DNA of 63,589 nucleotides, the filler included, from Parasitella parasitica NRRL 2501 (taxonomy: Eukaryota; Fungi; Mucoromycota): assembly GCA_025201805.1 (NCBI GenBank). It is 11 parts of 11 records of this genome, joined end to end, with 100 filler letters (N's around TTAATTAATTAA, not from the genome) between each part and the next. Parts side by side here need not be neighbours in the genome. Positions count along the whole stretch, not along the records: positions 25,374 to 28,565 come from MU619480.1; positions 28,666 to 30,988 come from MU619567.1; positions 31,089 to 32,338 come from MU619658.1; positions 32,439 to 34,335 come from MU619593.1; positions 34,436 to 36,623 come from MU619486.1; positions 36,724 to 54,848 come from MU619275.1; 5 more parts are not named here. The stretch is one strand, 5' to 3'. Within the stretch, counting starts at the first letter, position 1; each line of letters starts with the position of its first letter. Below the pieces are notes generated by a model. That model was not told the DNA's origin. It did not search any database and worked only from the letters and a program-made list of their open reading frames with translations. Below are positions 25,274 to 37,275 of this stretch, in pieces. The position numbers and the translations under genes are program-made.

Positions 25274-26288
25274 NNNNNNNNNNNNNNNNNNNNNNNNNNN
25301 NNNNNNNNNNNNNNNNNTTAATTAATTAANNNNNNNNNNNNNNNNNNNNNNNNNNNNNNNNNNNNNNNNNNNNCAATTACATAAATTTTCGGTGACTTGG
25401 TTGAAATACTAATTGATGAGAGTAATTTGCAAGAAACATCATCCTTAACAGGGTACGATGTATTATTATACTACAAGGCTATTGATCTTTGATCTGACAG
25501 TACCTTAGTGTTTTACAATCACACAGATCTGTGTTACAGATTGATCTGCCATAATTATAGATAGGGGATCATGGCAATGTACTTCAATTGAAGATTGAAG
25601 ATTGTCCAATGATGTGATGTGATACGCTTGTGTAAATTGGAGAATAAAAGTCTCAATATTTAATACACAAAAAGAGCCTCATTTAAGCGTCAATGTACGT
25701 AGCATTTACCATTTGCAGCCAAGTTGCTAATTATTAAGAAGATGACAATGCGGATTCTTAATTTTTAGCGGCAAATATAAGGCGAACACACGTTTCTACG
25801 TTAAAAAGTATAATAAAAATACATTAACCATCCTCGGTATTTTGTACAGTAAATAAAGCGATATTGGGCCCTAGTTTCAGAAAAAAAAGAGGGAATTAGC
25901 CATATTTATAGGATATTACAATAAAAAAATCAAGTACTTCTTGGCCTACTCCTGCTTAACTATTGCTTTACCTAATAAGAAAAGGTCAGTTATGCTTTTT
26001 TGTGGTCGAAAGTTATCAGTTTATACTTTAACCACCATGATGAAAAGGAAAGGTATTTGTTGTGAATATAATTCATATTAGTAAATGAAAAGAATGCAGA
26101 TAATTCTTTCATGCGAGTCCATTAAATGAGCAAAACCATCGCCACTTCACCCCCTCTGAAACAAACGTAAAATGGCGAGGGAACATTCTAATTTAAAGCC
26201 TAAATTACACCCGTGCACCATACAACAAGGGTAGTTTATACTTTAAAGTCAGCAGGATATAAACTATGGAAGGTTATTACAACGATGA

Positions 26289-28565
26289 CCAGTATATGTG
26301 CATCAACTTACACAAGTTTTGAACCATCACTTATTGAAAATGATATGCATGTCAGCGACACAAATGCAAAGCATGTATTTACGTTTATTTTATATTCTTT
26401 CCATCTGAAAATTGAAAACAAAACGCCAATAAAATTACATCATTGTGCCCTAATTTCTTCATGTGTTTTTTGATCATCTTTACAAATGTGATAATGAAAA
26501 TCGACGGCAGTGAATGCATAATGCATGAATATTTTGTCAGCGATGGCAAAGGAAACATTTGGTTTTATTAAACTTTGCAATTTAGTCTCTTCACTTTCTT
26601 CTTTGTGAAACACGGTGTTGAGGTATATCCTCGTCATCATTATCGGTGATGTCGCTATTCGATATAATCAATCTTTTCTTGCGATTACTCTTGGGAGCAA
26701 CCGTATCGTCAATGACATCTTCACTTACAAAAGATGATGGAGATAATGGTGATGTTGCCGATGACATCGCGTTCAACGTGACCGAAGATTCAACTTGGCT
26801 ATTGAAATAGGGCCATTTTTAAAAGATGTAAAGAAACTAAATATCAAAGCACTTACCTGCTAACTTGATCCTTGGCTGCCGCACGAAAACACTCAAAAAG
26901 AAAACGATCAGCGCCCCATTGGTTTTCGCACAGGTGCAGCTTGATACCTTCTTGCAAATAGGCCTTAGATTCCAGATTGCAAATTAGCTGCTTGTGTAGT
27001 GAGGTGAACTTGTCTTCAACACCCTTCCAGGACAAAGATTTGATCTCAGAATTAGTCTCACAAGCTGTGGCTCTAATCCTACGTGCCATCAGCTTGATGT
27101 CAGCGTAGTAATCTTTGGCTGTCTTGTTTCTGCTGTTATTTTGATGCCCAAGAGAAAGATCAGCATCAACAATAGGGATTTAGTCAGGCCCGCTTGGAGG
27201 GTAATGATCAAGCAAATATTGTAAAAGAATCATTAAGCGAGCCGATGTCTTTTTAACTCCTGTTCCAGCCAAGCTTGAGGGTATAACTCGATTGCCTCTC
27301 ATATTCGAGTTTGCTATGCTTGTGATACCCGTTAATTGAGCTATTGATTGTGCGATGCAACGAATTAATGTGTTAGAAGTGTCAATGTAATATAGGTTAT
27401 TACCTTTAGCAGCTGCTTCCTCTATTTCAGTACTTGCGTTATATATATTCGTTGATGGTGGAAACAAAGGTGCTAGCAAGTTGATCAACTCGAGATTCAA
27501 ATCGTTAGATTTGACTTGTTTTTCGAGAACTTCCCTGAGCAAACATTGAGTCTTCTTATGCTCCTCCATTAACTTTTCCAAATCAGTCTTATGAGACATG
27601 GCGCTGGCGTGATTTACTCTTCTGCTAGTCATTTTGAATCTATTGTTAATAATAGCATTTGTGTATAGAAAATATGTTAAAACTGATTTCTGATCGACAC
27701 TTGATTTTTATAAATCCGAAGGTTGATTTTTGCATGAAAAACAAATCACAAAGCACACACATACTGTATAAGTAGAGCCCTTTTTGTTTTCAATCACTTT
27801 TTATCATTTTTATTATATAAAAATACTCTTTTATTTTACCCATGTCCACTGTATCATATCCTTGCCAAAGAGGCTGTAAACGTACTTTTTATACAAGCAA
27901 AGATCGAAAGAACCAAGAAAAAGTCAAGCATCGTGCTAATTCCCAAAAACAAGATGATGACACTTACATGCAAGAAGCCCAATCCCCTAGCTTAGATGAA
28001 CGTCAGTAGACATGTATAATGCTTGTAAAATAACATATTTTAAACTTCGCTCTCATAAAAAGCAGTTCAAAATCCACAAACACAAGCCATTGTATGCCAG
28101 GTGCCATCTGACGAAGTTACGGGATTCACTCCAACCGAGCTGTTTCAATTAAGTATGCCGATATAACAGACACATATGGGATTTCAAGAGAAGCAGGTAG
28201 AGAGAACATGTATCTCTTTAGATCTCTATTGAAGCGTAACGCCGTTAAACACCGCCATCAAGGTAAGCCCTAATCGACGAGCTGTTTGTATATATAATGG
28301 CACTTACTGATCTTTCTTGCTTCACAGTTAATGCTTCTGATGCCACACTTTTATTTCCTGAAAACACTGTTGATGAGGCTTTCAAGAAGAAAACAGGTGT
28401 TGAAACTGAGCTTTTTGATATTTGCAAGTGTGGATGCTGTTTGTTTGAGGATAATCAACGTTTTTGCGCCAATCAAGATTGCAAAGAGCCACGATATAAA
28501 TTCACTACGGCCTCGCCAATGTTCTCATGAGAATATTGATGTGCATGAACGGGAACATTTTTTAG
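26289..28565. mobile_element. CACTA/EnSpm-type element, copy 1: minus-strand accessory gene (27632 to ~26590) and plus-strand transposase 5' part (27842-28565)
   Basis: FDICKCGCCLF..C...C is the CACTA Tnp2 Cys motif; ~1.7 kb is similar to 55896-57500; in-frame stop at 27180. Confidence 0.7.
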
Positions 28566-29567
28566 NNNNNNNNNNNNNNNNNNNNNNNNNNNNNNNNNNN
28601 NNNNNNNNNTTAATTAATTAANNNNNNNNNNNNNNNNNNNNNNNNNNNNNNNNNNNNNNNNNNNNCCCTTACGAATAAACTTGTTCTATGTGTGCACTAC
28701 TGCAGCAAAGGCTATTCCAACCAGCAAAAAAAATTGAGATTTTCGTAACTTGGAGGTTTTTCATGTGCATCGAAGTTTCTTGGATATCAAATATATCCCG
28801 CACTTTTCATTGTCATTTTTGCATGAATTAAAGCAGTAACAAACAGAGATTTGAACCTTTCGCCAGTTGCAAAAGTAGAAGCTTCGTTAAAACGATTAAT
28901 CCAGTCGCCATCATCTTGTACGAAGCCCAGTGCAAGCTAAAATTTTCATTCATGCTAAAGCGGTCAAGATTTTCTTACTAGGATGTCAGAAAGCTCTACC
29001 TCAATTTTCCATAGAGTTACGGTGTCTTCAAAATTAGGCCATCTTGAAGATGTTTTTACCCAGAACATCCAAGTGCTCAAATGCGACCTTTTTTAGTTTG
29101 CATTTTTCGAGTATGCGTTTTTTTTTGTGCAAATATAGTTTAAACCGGACCAAAGTGTGCAATTGACACGGTAGCTATAGTGCCCATTTTAATTTGCTTA
29201 CCTGTGTTAACACAGCCTAATTTTTATACAGTGAACTATCATTCTCATTTACACTCTTATTGTACCTATTAGCCTAGCTGGGTTTCAGGCATCACATCAA
29301 GCATCACTATATACAAAACATCATGTTCGCGTGAGATTGATCTCTGTTTTCTTTTTTCTCTACGCTAAATTTTTTTTACACGTATGCAATGCTACTACCT
29401 ATATAAAGTTCGACTAGTTTCTTATTTTGAGGTGTCTTGATAGCACTTGCAATTTATATCAAAAGAGATTTGGAATTGGGACGTTCACAAATATCACAAG
29501 TAGAACAACACCAACAGTTTTATTATCGTAAAAAAAGAGGAAAAGCAGTTTTATTCCTCGTTCTACA

Positions 29568-30980
29568 CTAAAGATCTACGATATTGCCAGCATTTACAAA
29601 CATATCTTGTTCAAAAACATGATAGTTTCCTATCACACTAAATTTCAGCTCGTCATCCAGAGATTGTACAAGTCCAACTTGCAGCAAAATATCAACAATT
29701 TTGGTAACAGCATATTTGGATTCGATCACTCGTTCGTTCCCTATGGCTAACTGTTGCAATCGACTTTGGTTCATGTAGACCACTGGAATGGATTTGTCGT
29801 GGCTTGCAACTGTATGCCTTTTCATCACTTCGACAAACGCCAAAAAGTATCTCTCGCCTTGAAAGGTATGCTCGAAGAAAAAAAGTATTGCACCAACAAA
29901 CCAGTGAGGAATGAATCGGCCATTTATGCTGTGTCTATGGTAGCTTCTGAACATGACCCGATGATTTCCTCTTCTAAACTCTTCAATTTTTTTTCTGTAG
30001 CGTTCACAAGGGATTTCGATCGTATCCACCCAAGCTCGCAACGCAACAACAAAGACCAGAGCACCTGGAGCTGCCAAAGCATCATCAGAAAACAAACGAC
30101 GATAAAATTTGGCAAGCGCTTTTTTGATCTTTCGAATCGTAACGTTTTCAAAGGTTTCATCCAGAGCAGCATTTTAGAAATCGTGGTTTTCGAATGGTTC
30201 CCACAACTGATTAGATGGATTGGGATGATCTAAGAAACTGGCGGAGGAGTATGGTGGAGGGCAAATACCTTGCAAATGACTATTCGTGTCAAAAGTCCTT
30301 TTGACAAAGTTTCGGATTGAATCATAGTGAAGGGGCGCCCTCCGCGATTTTTTTGTGACGAATCCATCATCGAAAACAGCAATAGCTACATCATGTTCAT
30401 TTTGAAAGTTGTTATTGTTCTTGAAAGCCTTGTATTCTTCACCATCAAAAAAATCAGCAATGACGTTGGGCTCTGCATTTTCTCAATTATCGTACTCATG
30501 CCTGTATCTGAGCTCTGCACGGGTATCAGGATTTGCAAGCAATCGAGATATAATATCGCCAATCGACATTCTCTTCATTGTTGACAACGAATTTCGAGGA
30601 CTGTCAACCTCAAATCTCTCGCTATCACAGTAGATACAAGTTGTTTGCCCATCCTCCAAGTTGTACAATTTGCAACCGTTTACACATACATCATATGAGT
30701 GTGCTGCCTAGCTTGTTTGCCGCTTCATCATTTTTTTCGACTTGAGAGCCATGGAAAATTTTTGGATTTGTCTCTGTCACGTATGATGATGGTAAGTCTT
30801 GGACACTTTGACAGAAGATAATTTGCCAAATACACGTACCTCTCTCTAACTTCTCTGAATCCCTAATCATAGTATTCATGAGTCTCACCAATTGTCTGTA
30901 TGCTTCTCTGGGTATAGCAAAATCGTTGACCAGATCATAAAGTACAATGAAAATCAGCTCGGAAGTCGTATATCTATTCC
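29568..30980 (-). mobile_element. CACTA/EnSpm transposase (Tnp2-like) remnant, internally deleted
   Basis: YDVCVNGCKLY..CIYCDSERF, SIGDIISRLLANPDTRAELRYRH, IADFFDGEEYK..DVAIAVFDDGF, and C-terminal WFVGAILFFFEH..LAFVEV. Confidence 0.75.
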
Positions 30981-31346
30981 CCCCCCCCNNNNNNNNNNNN
31001 NNNNNNNNNNNNNNNNNNNNNNNNNNNNNNNNTTAATTAATTAANNNNNNNNNNNNNNNNNNNNNNNNNNNNNNNNNNNNNNNNNNNNAAAAAAAAAAAA
31101 AAAAAAAAAAAAAGGACACATTGTCAGGTAATGGGAGTAGTAGATTTAACAGTTTCTCGGTTCCAATACTGCTGGGAAGTCCCTCAATCAAAGCTCAGAT
31201 TTTGTTGCCAATAGTTTTCATGCGATCTTTGAGAATATGATCATGTTCTGGGCATACCAGGCCGTCGAAAAGCATGTATATGTTTTATTAATAGTTTTAG
31301 TCAAAATCTTGTGTAAAAAAGATACAAAACAAGATTTGTCACATAT

Positions 31347-32338
31347 TTACACTAACAAGTGTGCTGCTTCTAAACTTGCAAATATGTCACTTGGTGTGAT
31401 TGTGGATTGTGTTTGTTGTAATAATGCGCTTTGATGCTGCTGTTGCAGGATTTGAAACTGCTGCCATTCAGGCACATTGAACAGCTTGTTTGAAAATGGA
31501 AGCATAACATAATGCTCAGTTGATGGAACATTTGTTAGGGTGTATAACCTTGTCGTGGATGCAGACACAATACCCTTGATTTTCGAGTATGTTCGGAGAT
31601 GATCTGCCACTTCTGCTCGTCTCGCTACAATGTATTCCGTCACTTCTCTCGCTAATGGCACTGAAAGATCGAGATTATCGTGTATGAGCTGCAGCAATTC
31701 ACATAATTCAGCTGCAGTGGGGCGATTTTCGGGTTTCGGCTCTAAGCAGGACACATACAGCTTTTGGTACCAATCTGGCAATCCAGGCACCGGTTCAATA
31801 CGGTAGGCATTTTCTGAAAAACCGCCCTGGACACTATGTGCATCCAGTAGCACATCTGGTGATGGGAAGATCACTTTACTCACTAATTGCCAAATGATAA
31901 TTCCCAGACTATAAATGTCGGATTTCTCGGTATACACTCCACGTCTAATTTCTGGTGCAATGTAAGGCAGTCGGCCATACACTGCTTTTGTGAGGGCTGT
32001 TACTGAAGAAGACTCCTTGGACGGAGTGGAGAATCGATAATCAACTAGAAAATAATCGCTGTCGGTGCACATAATATTTCTTGGATGAACATTTCGGTGA
32101 CACAGTCCAGCTTTGTGTAAATCGGCCAAATTCACAGATAATCGTAAAATGGTTCCTGTAATTGTCTTAAGATCCAGATCGCCTAGAGGCAACTGCTGCA
32201 TATGATCTTCCAAATTGCCATCGTTGCTCATTTTCATCACCATCATCAAGTCGCCCGTGCTTTCGCAAACAGTGAGTCCTTGGAAGAGTAGTGGCAAAAA
32301 TGCTTTGGATTGGACGGAGATCTTAATTTTTGTTAGTA
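31347..32338 (-). CDS. Protein-kinase-fold (TKL-like) protein, probably a pseudokinase; 5' end lost in gap
   Basis: GNLED, HRNVHPRNIM, DYRF, YGRLPYIAPE, YTEKSDIYSLGIIIWQL, CLEPKPENRPTA. Confidence 0.8.
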
Positions 32339-32438
32339 NNNNNNNNNNNNNNNNNNNNNNNNNNNNNNNNNNNNNNNNNNNNTTAATTAATTAANNNNNN
32401 NNNNNNNNNNNNNNNNNNNNNNNNNNNNNNNNNNNNNN

Positions 32439-34335
32439 GCTGAGAGAACAGGACTACTAGCAAGTAAATTCTGAATGTTGGTCATGGCAAGAGTATGCTC
32501 TCTTGTCCATACCTTTTGAATATCAGGAGCATTTTTTATTGCATCTAGAGGAGCAGTTAAAGTGGAAAGACATGGTAGATGACCGCGAAAGTAGTTGATT
32601 AGACCTAGGCGAGATTGCAACTCTTTGCTGTTGGCTACGATAGGGTTCCAGTCCAACACGTTACTGACTTTACGTGGATCAAGGGTAAGTCCTTTTTCAC
32701 AAAGACAAAACCCTAAAATATTGATGCTTCTCTGAGCAAAATGCGTTTTGGCGTGATTGATTTTGAGATTGGCTTTGGTAAGACGATCAATTACAAGTTT
32801 AACGTATTTTAAATGCGTTTCCATGTTAGATTCTGTGTGGATCGTGATGCCGTCGATAAAATTGGTAGTTACTTCTTGGAGATCAGAGAATAAATTGGTA
32901 ACATGGCGCTGCACAAAAGAAGAGATGGGCAACAATCCCATGGGACAATTCCTGAAACTCCATTGCAAACCTGTCGTAGGATCTACAAACGAAACATATT
33001 TTCTTGACGAGCTCGATATGCGAAAACTATGGAAACATTGCGATAGATCGACCACAGTGAAAATGGAGTGTTTTGACATCTTTCTGTGTAAAGAAGCGAT
33101 CAATGGTAGTGGAAATCAATCAGACTTATCAGGGTCGAGAGCAGAATTGACTAAACGACAGTCTACAACTACTCTGTAAACACCTGGAGCATATTCCCCT
33201 GCGCTGGTTTTCTTCCTGACGCAAAATATGGGTGAATTGTACGGCGTACCTGGTGGAGCGGGTTCAATAACACCATTCTTAATCCAAGTAGCCATATGCT
33301 CTTTAATCGTAGGCATAAATTTTTCTTCAAGAGGCCATTGAGGTCTATACATTTTGTGCTCATGATATTTGAGAACATGCAATGTTAAAGTACTGCCTGG
33401 AATATTACAGTATGCTTTCGGATCGATTTTCTTATTTGCTTCTATGTAAGGTTCTATTTCTTTCAAGAAATATTCTCTTTCAGCTGCAGTGCCATATGGA
33501 GAATCATTTGGTTTGTAAGGATTAGGTTCAATTTGTGGAATCTCTGGGTTGTTATTGTCCTCCCAATCCATTGCCATATGAGAAATAGTTATCCCTATTT
33601 TCATTATTAAATCCATTCCTATTACCACATCAATGTCGCTAAAAATATCAAATATTTCAAATTTGGAAGAACACTGACGAGAGTTATAAATTATTTTAAT
33701 AGGATGTTCTGTAGTGCCAATTCTATCAACCACATTATCTTTTTTGCAAGTTTTGATAAAGCCATTTATTTGTTTGTTTATTTTTACATCTAAAAGTTTG
33801 GCTAACTTGGGCGAGATACAACTAAAAGATGATCCAGTATCTAGCATAAAGTAGGTACGGACCTTAACATTGTCATTTTCTAGAGTAATGGGTAAAATGA
33901 TAGAATTTTTGCTTAGTATATTGCTTGGTGGTTCATTCAAATATTGATACTCACAATCTTCTTTGATATGCATGGCAGCAAATGTAAGGTTTTGATCCTC
34001 AGGTGAGGATTCAGTGTCAGTATCCATGTTATCATCGGGATTCTGATCCTCGTGAGGGATCGGAACAATGGTTTTGCGACTGAAAGAACCTTTTTTCTTA
34101 TTGCCAGCAATTTTTTTGCACACCAAGTTGTGCTCAGGAGACCAGTTTGGTTCCTTGCAATATTTGCAAGATCTCTTGGCACCATTCAATCTTGTGTTTG
34201 CTGTGAGCCTACGTCGTTTCTTGTCATCACCAAGGAAACATTCATCGGTCGTATGGTTGGTCAATTTTGGGTGGTAGATACACCTTTTGTGGGTGCTCTT
34301 GTTGCCATTACCGTGACGAGCGATCTTGTATTGCA
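32439..34335 (-). mobile_element. Ty3/Gypsy LTR retrotransposon gag-protease-RT (inactivated)
   Basis: Zinc knuckle CKYC..H..C, protease LDTGS, YNSPIFCVRKK..YRVVVDCRLVN, DLSQCFHS, MPMG-like motif; in-frame TGA at 33116-33118 and FIDG in place of the F/YxDD catalytic motif. Confidence 0.92.
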
Positions 34336-34589
34336 NNNNNNNNNNNNNNNNNNNNNNNNNNNNNNNNNNNNNNNNNNNNTTAATTAATTAANNNNNNNNN
34401 NNNNNNNNNNNNNNNNNNNNNNNNNNNNNNNNNNNCAACAACATCTCAACTCATCAGGATATTCAATATTTTCTTTTTTTTTTTTCTTTTTTTTCACGGT
34501 TTATCATCTCAACATCACTTGCACTGTTCAAGAGGTGCATCTACTTATGGTTATCGCTTTCTACCCGTGGTCGACAAGCTGTTGTGGGG

Positions 34590-34850
34590 TAATGATGTAT
34601 CAATTCTAAAACCGGATGTCAATATAATATAAACTCATACTGAAGAGTAAAACATCAGATCATAAAATAATATGACATGACATTTGGGATAGATACAATC
34701 TACCCTATCTCCCGGATCTCATCACTAAAACCTTTATCCTCACATCGCTTCCCTCAGTTCATGGAAAGTATATAAACCCTCTATTTTTGAATGTAATAAA
34801 CGGATCTTTACCTGATTAATTTCTACTTGAACTTTTCTGATAAATCAAGC
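34590..34850 (+). mobile_element. LTR-like sequence abutting a 5'-truncated Tc1 transposase
   Basis: Similar to 24962-25273; ends ..TCAAGCA; contains TATATAAA and AATAAA. Confidence 0.55.
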
Positions 34851-35817
34851 ATGTCTTAAATTACTCAAATCATTGGGATTTCAGGCAGCCAAAAAGAAGA
34901 AAAAGCCTATGCTGAAGCCTAATCATAGAAAACAAAGACTTGAATGGGCCAAAGCTCATCGCAGCTGGACAAAAGATGACTGGAGAAGGATGATTTTCTC
35001 TGATGAAACCAAAATCAACATCTGGGGCCCTGATGGTATCAAGTACTGCTGGAAAAGACCAGATGACAAACTGCAATTTCACCACTTAGATCTTACAGTC
35101 AAGCACGGTGGTGGTAGCCTCATGATGTGGGGTTGTATAACATACGATGGTCCTGGATACGCTTGTCAAATCTTCGATGGCACCATGAAAAAGGAAGACT
35201 ATATACATATACTGGAAACAGCCATGATGGATACTTTAGATTGGTATGATTATGACCCAGAAAAAATCTATTTTCAGCAAGACAAAGACCCTAAACACAC
35301 TGCAAAGGTTACTAAACAGTGGTTTGTGGATAATAACTTTAATGTTGATTGGACTTATAGCTGGCCACCCCAGAGCCCGGACCTAAACCCTATTGAACAC
35401 GTCTGGCACCATCTAAAATTAAAATTGAGCTCATATCCCACCAAGGCTAGAGGAGTACATGAATTGTGGGAGAGAGTAGAAGAACAATGGGCTACGTTTA
35501 CCAAAGAAGATTGTCAACGATATATTGATAGCATGCCTGCACGAATTGAGGCAGTAATCAAAGCTAAAGGTGGTCATACTAACTACTAAAGTGATTTTAT
35601 AAGCACCCTGAAAAATGGTCCGGATGCACACATGAATTTTAACCCCATATTATTTCAACCTCAGTTGACCAACTAAAATAAAACTTTTTTCATTTTATTA
35701 AATTTCACTTGCTCTCTTTAATGACGTTGGTTTCATGTTGATCGGATAACTTGTTCATAATCTACATCTGGTTTTAGCGAATTTTGCAAAACATCCGGAC
35801 CATTAATCCACCTACTG
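34851..35817 (+). mobile_element. Tc1-like DNA transposon (DD37E), 5'-truncated, with right terminus ..CCTACTG|TA
   Basis: IFSDETKIN, VKHGGGSLMMWGC, QQDKDPKH, WPPQSPDLNPIEHVW, IKAKGGHTNY*; end is the reverse complement of CAGT plus a TA target site at 35818-35819. Confidence 0.92.
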
Positions 35818-35819
35818 TA

Positions 35820-36148
35820 GTCAGTTGGGGCCTCCTTGAATTCTTTATCACTGATTTTGACAGCAAGTACGTTTAGATTTGGATCTTTCGAATAAATTTT
35901 CCTTTGTTTTATAATTTGGTTTCCTTTTACTCTTCGTTGTAAAATCAATTTTTCTAATTTCTTGATTTGTTGAGCATATTCATCCGCAAGCTCCTCATCT
36001 TCAGTTATGGCAGGGTACAATCTTGATAGACGATCAGCAAGAATGTTTTCCATTCCTTTTATATGTGCTACCGAGAAATTATATTCTCCCAAAATTTCCA
36101 GATAACCTTGGAGAGTGCTATTTAATGGGGAGGATGTGAACAAATATG
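35820..36148 (-). mobile_element. Gypsy RNase H end/linker segment (inverted)
   Basis: TYLFT..LQGYLEILGEYNFSVAHIKGMENILADRLSRL..EAPTD. Confidence 0.85.
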
Positions 36149-36153
36149 TACAG

Positions 36154-36623
36154 TATGTTTGCCCGCCCAAAAGTGATCGAAAACAAATAATTCAGGATGC
36201 CCATAAAATTGGTCATTTTGGTATGGCAGCTGTCGTAAAGCATATCCACACCTATCATGGCCTTCATTGAAAGAACATTTATAATGATGTCAAGGAAATT
36301 TTGATGTCCTGTAAGGAGTGCCAATTGCATAATGTTGCAAAAAAAGGGTTTAACCCGGCGAAAAGTGTTGTATCGTATGAACCATTTGATTTCATCAGCA
36401 TGGATATGATCGGACCCTTACCTGTAACTGAGCGGGGAAACTGTTATATTCTTGTTGTTGTAGACATCTGTACGAAGTACATCATTGCCCGAGCAGCCCC
36501 AAACAAGCAAAGTGATACTATTGCCAATCTATTAGTATCAATTTATGGAGATTATGGATTAGCAGTAAATGTTACCTTATCTGATAATGGACGCGAGTTC
36601 AAATCAAATCTCTCTGAATACAT
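36154..36623 (+). mobile_element. Gypsy integrase N-terminal part
   Basis: YVCPP..AHKIGHFG..CKECQ (HHCC), PFDFISMDMIGPLP, LSDNGREF; W-to-stop at ~36268. Confidence 0.9.
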
Positions 36624-36751
36624 NNNNNNNNNNNNNNNNNNNNNNNNNNNNNNNNNNNNNNNNNNNNTTAATTAATTAANNNNNNNNNNNNNNNNNNNNN
36701 NNNNNNNNNNNNNNNNNNNNNNNTACTTTTGGGTTTTCTAGGCTTATTTTT

Positions 36752-37275
36752 CTAATATGAAAAAAACGCTGTTGATGGTGTAACTGCAGTCATTGGGACA
36801 AGATAGTCGTTTGAGCAATCATCGATATCATCTTGGATACCATGTTTAACATGATTTGTGGATAATTTTGTAAAAAAGAGTGGGCCGCCTGTACATATAT
36901 TTGTGTTCACGGTCAATTTGGGCTTCTTTTTCTTGAGACAGTCTGTTGCAGGTATTTCGATATCAGGGCTACTCGCTTCAGAATCACAGGGAGAGGCAGG
37001 TATTTCCAATGAAAGCGTAAGCTTGGCTGTGTTGGGTATAATGTTGAAAGCGGGATTGAGTTTGTACTGAGTTGTTGCTGTTGAAGGAAATGAAGAGTAC
37101 CCGCGGTCATAATCTAGTGCTGACCAAGTCTCGACAATGACTACATTTTCGATATCAAATCGTACAGTTTTTTGGCTTCTTTTTCTTTTGCGAGATAATT
37201 GTGGCAATGATGATGCTAAGCTTGATTGGATTGGCAATGTTTCATTGTGATCGACTGTATAAGATGTCATTTGCA
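36752..37275 (-). CDS. Small protein with a PP1-docking-like motif (KTVRF...TWSALDYDR)
   Basis: Single ORF; RKRKR basic patch followed by RVxF-type and YDR motifs as in Bni4/neurabin-type PP1 targeting proteins. Confidence 0.6.

Noticed and set aside
33116-33118. In-frame TGA in Gypsy pol as programmed readthrough
   Set aside because: Lies inside RT (expected DRFPLP, CGA to TGA), and the catalytic DD is also mutated; simple decay.
35733-36170. 145-aa ORF as a real gene
   Set aside because: Chimeric frame crossing the inversion junction and the Tc1 terminus.
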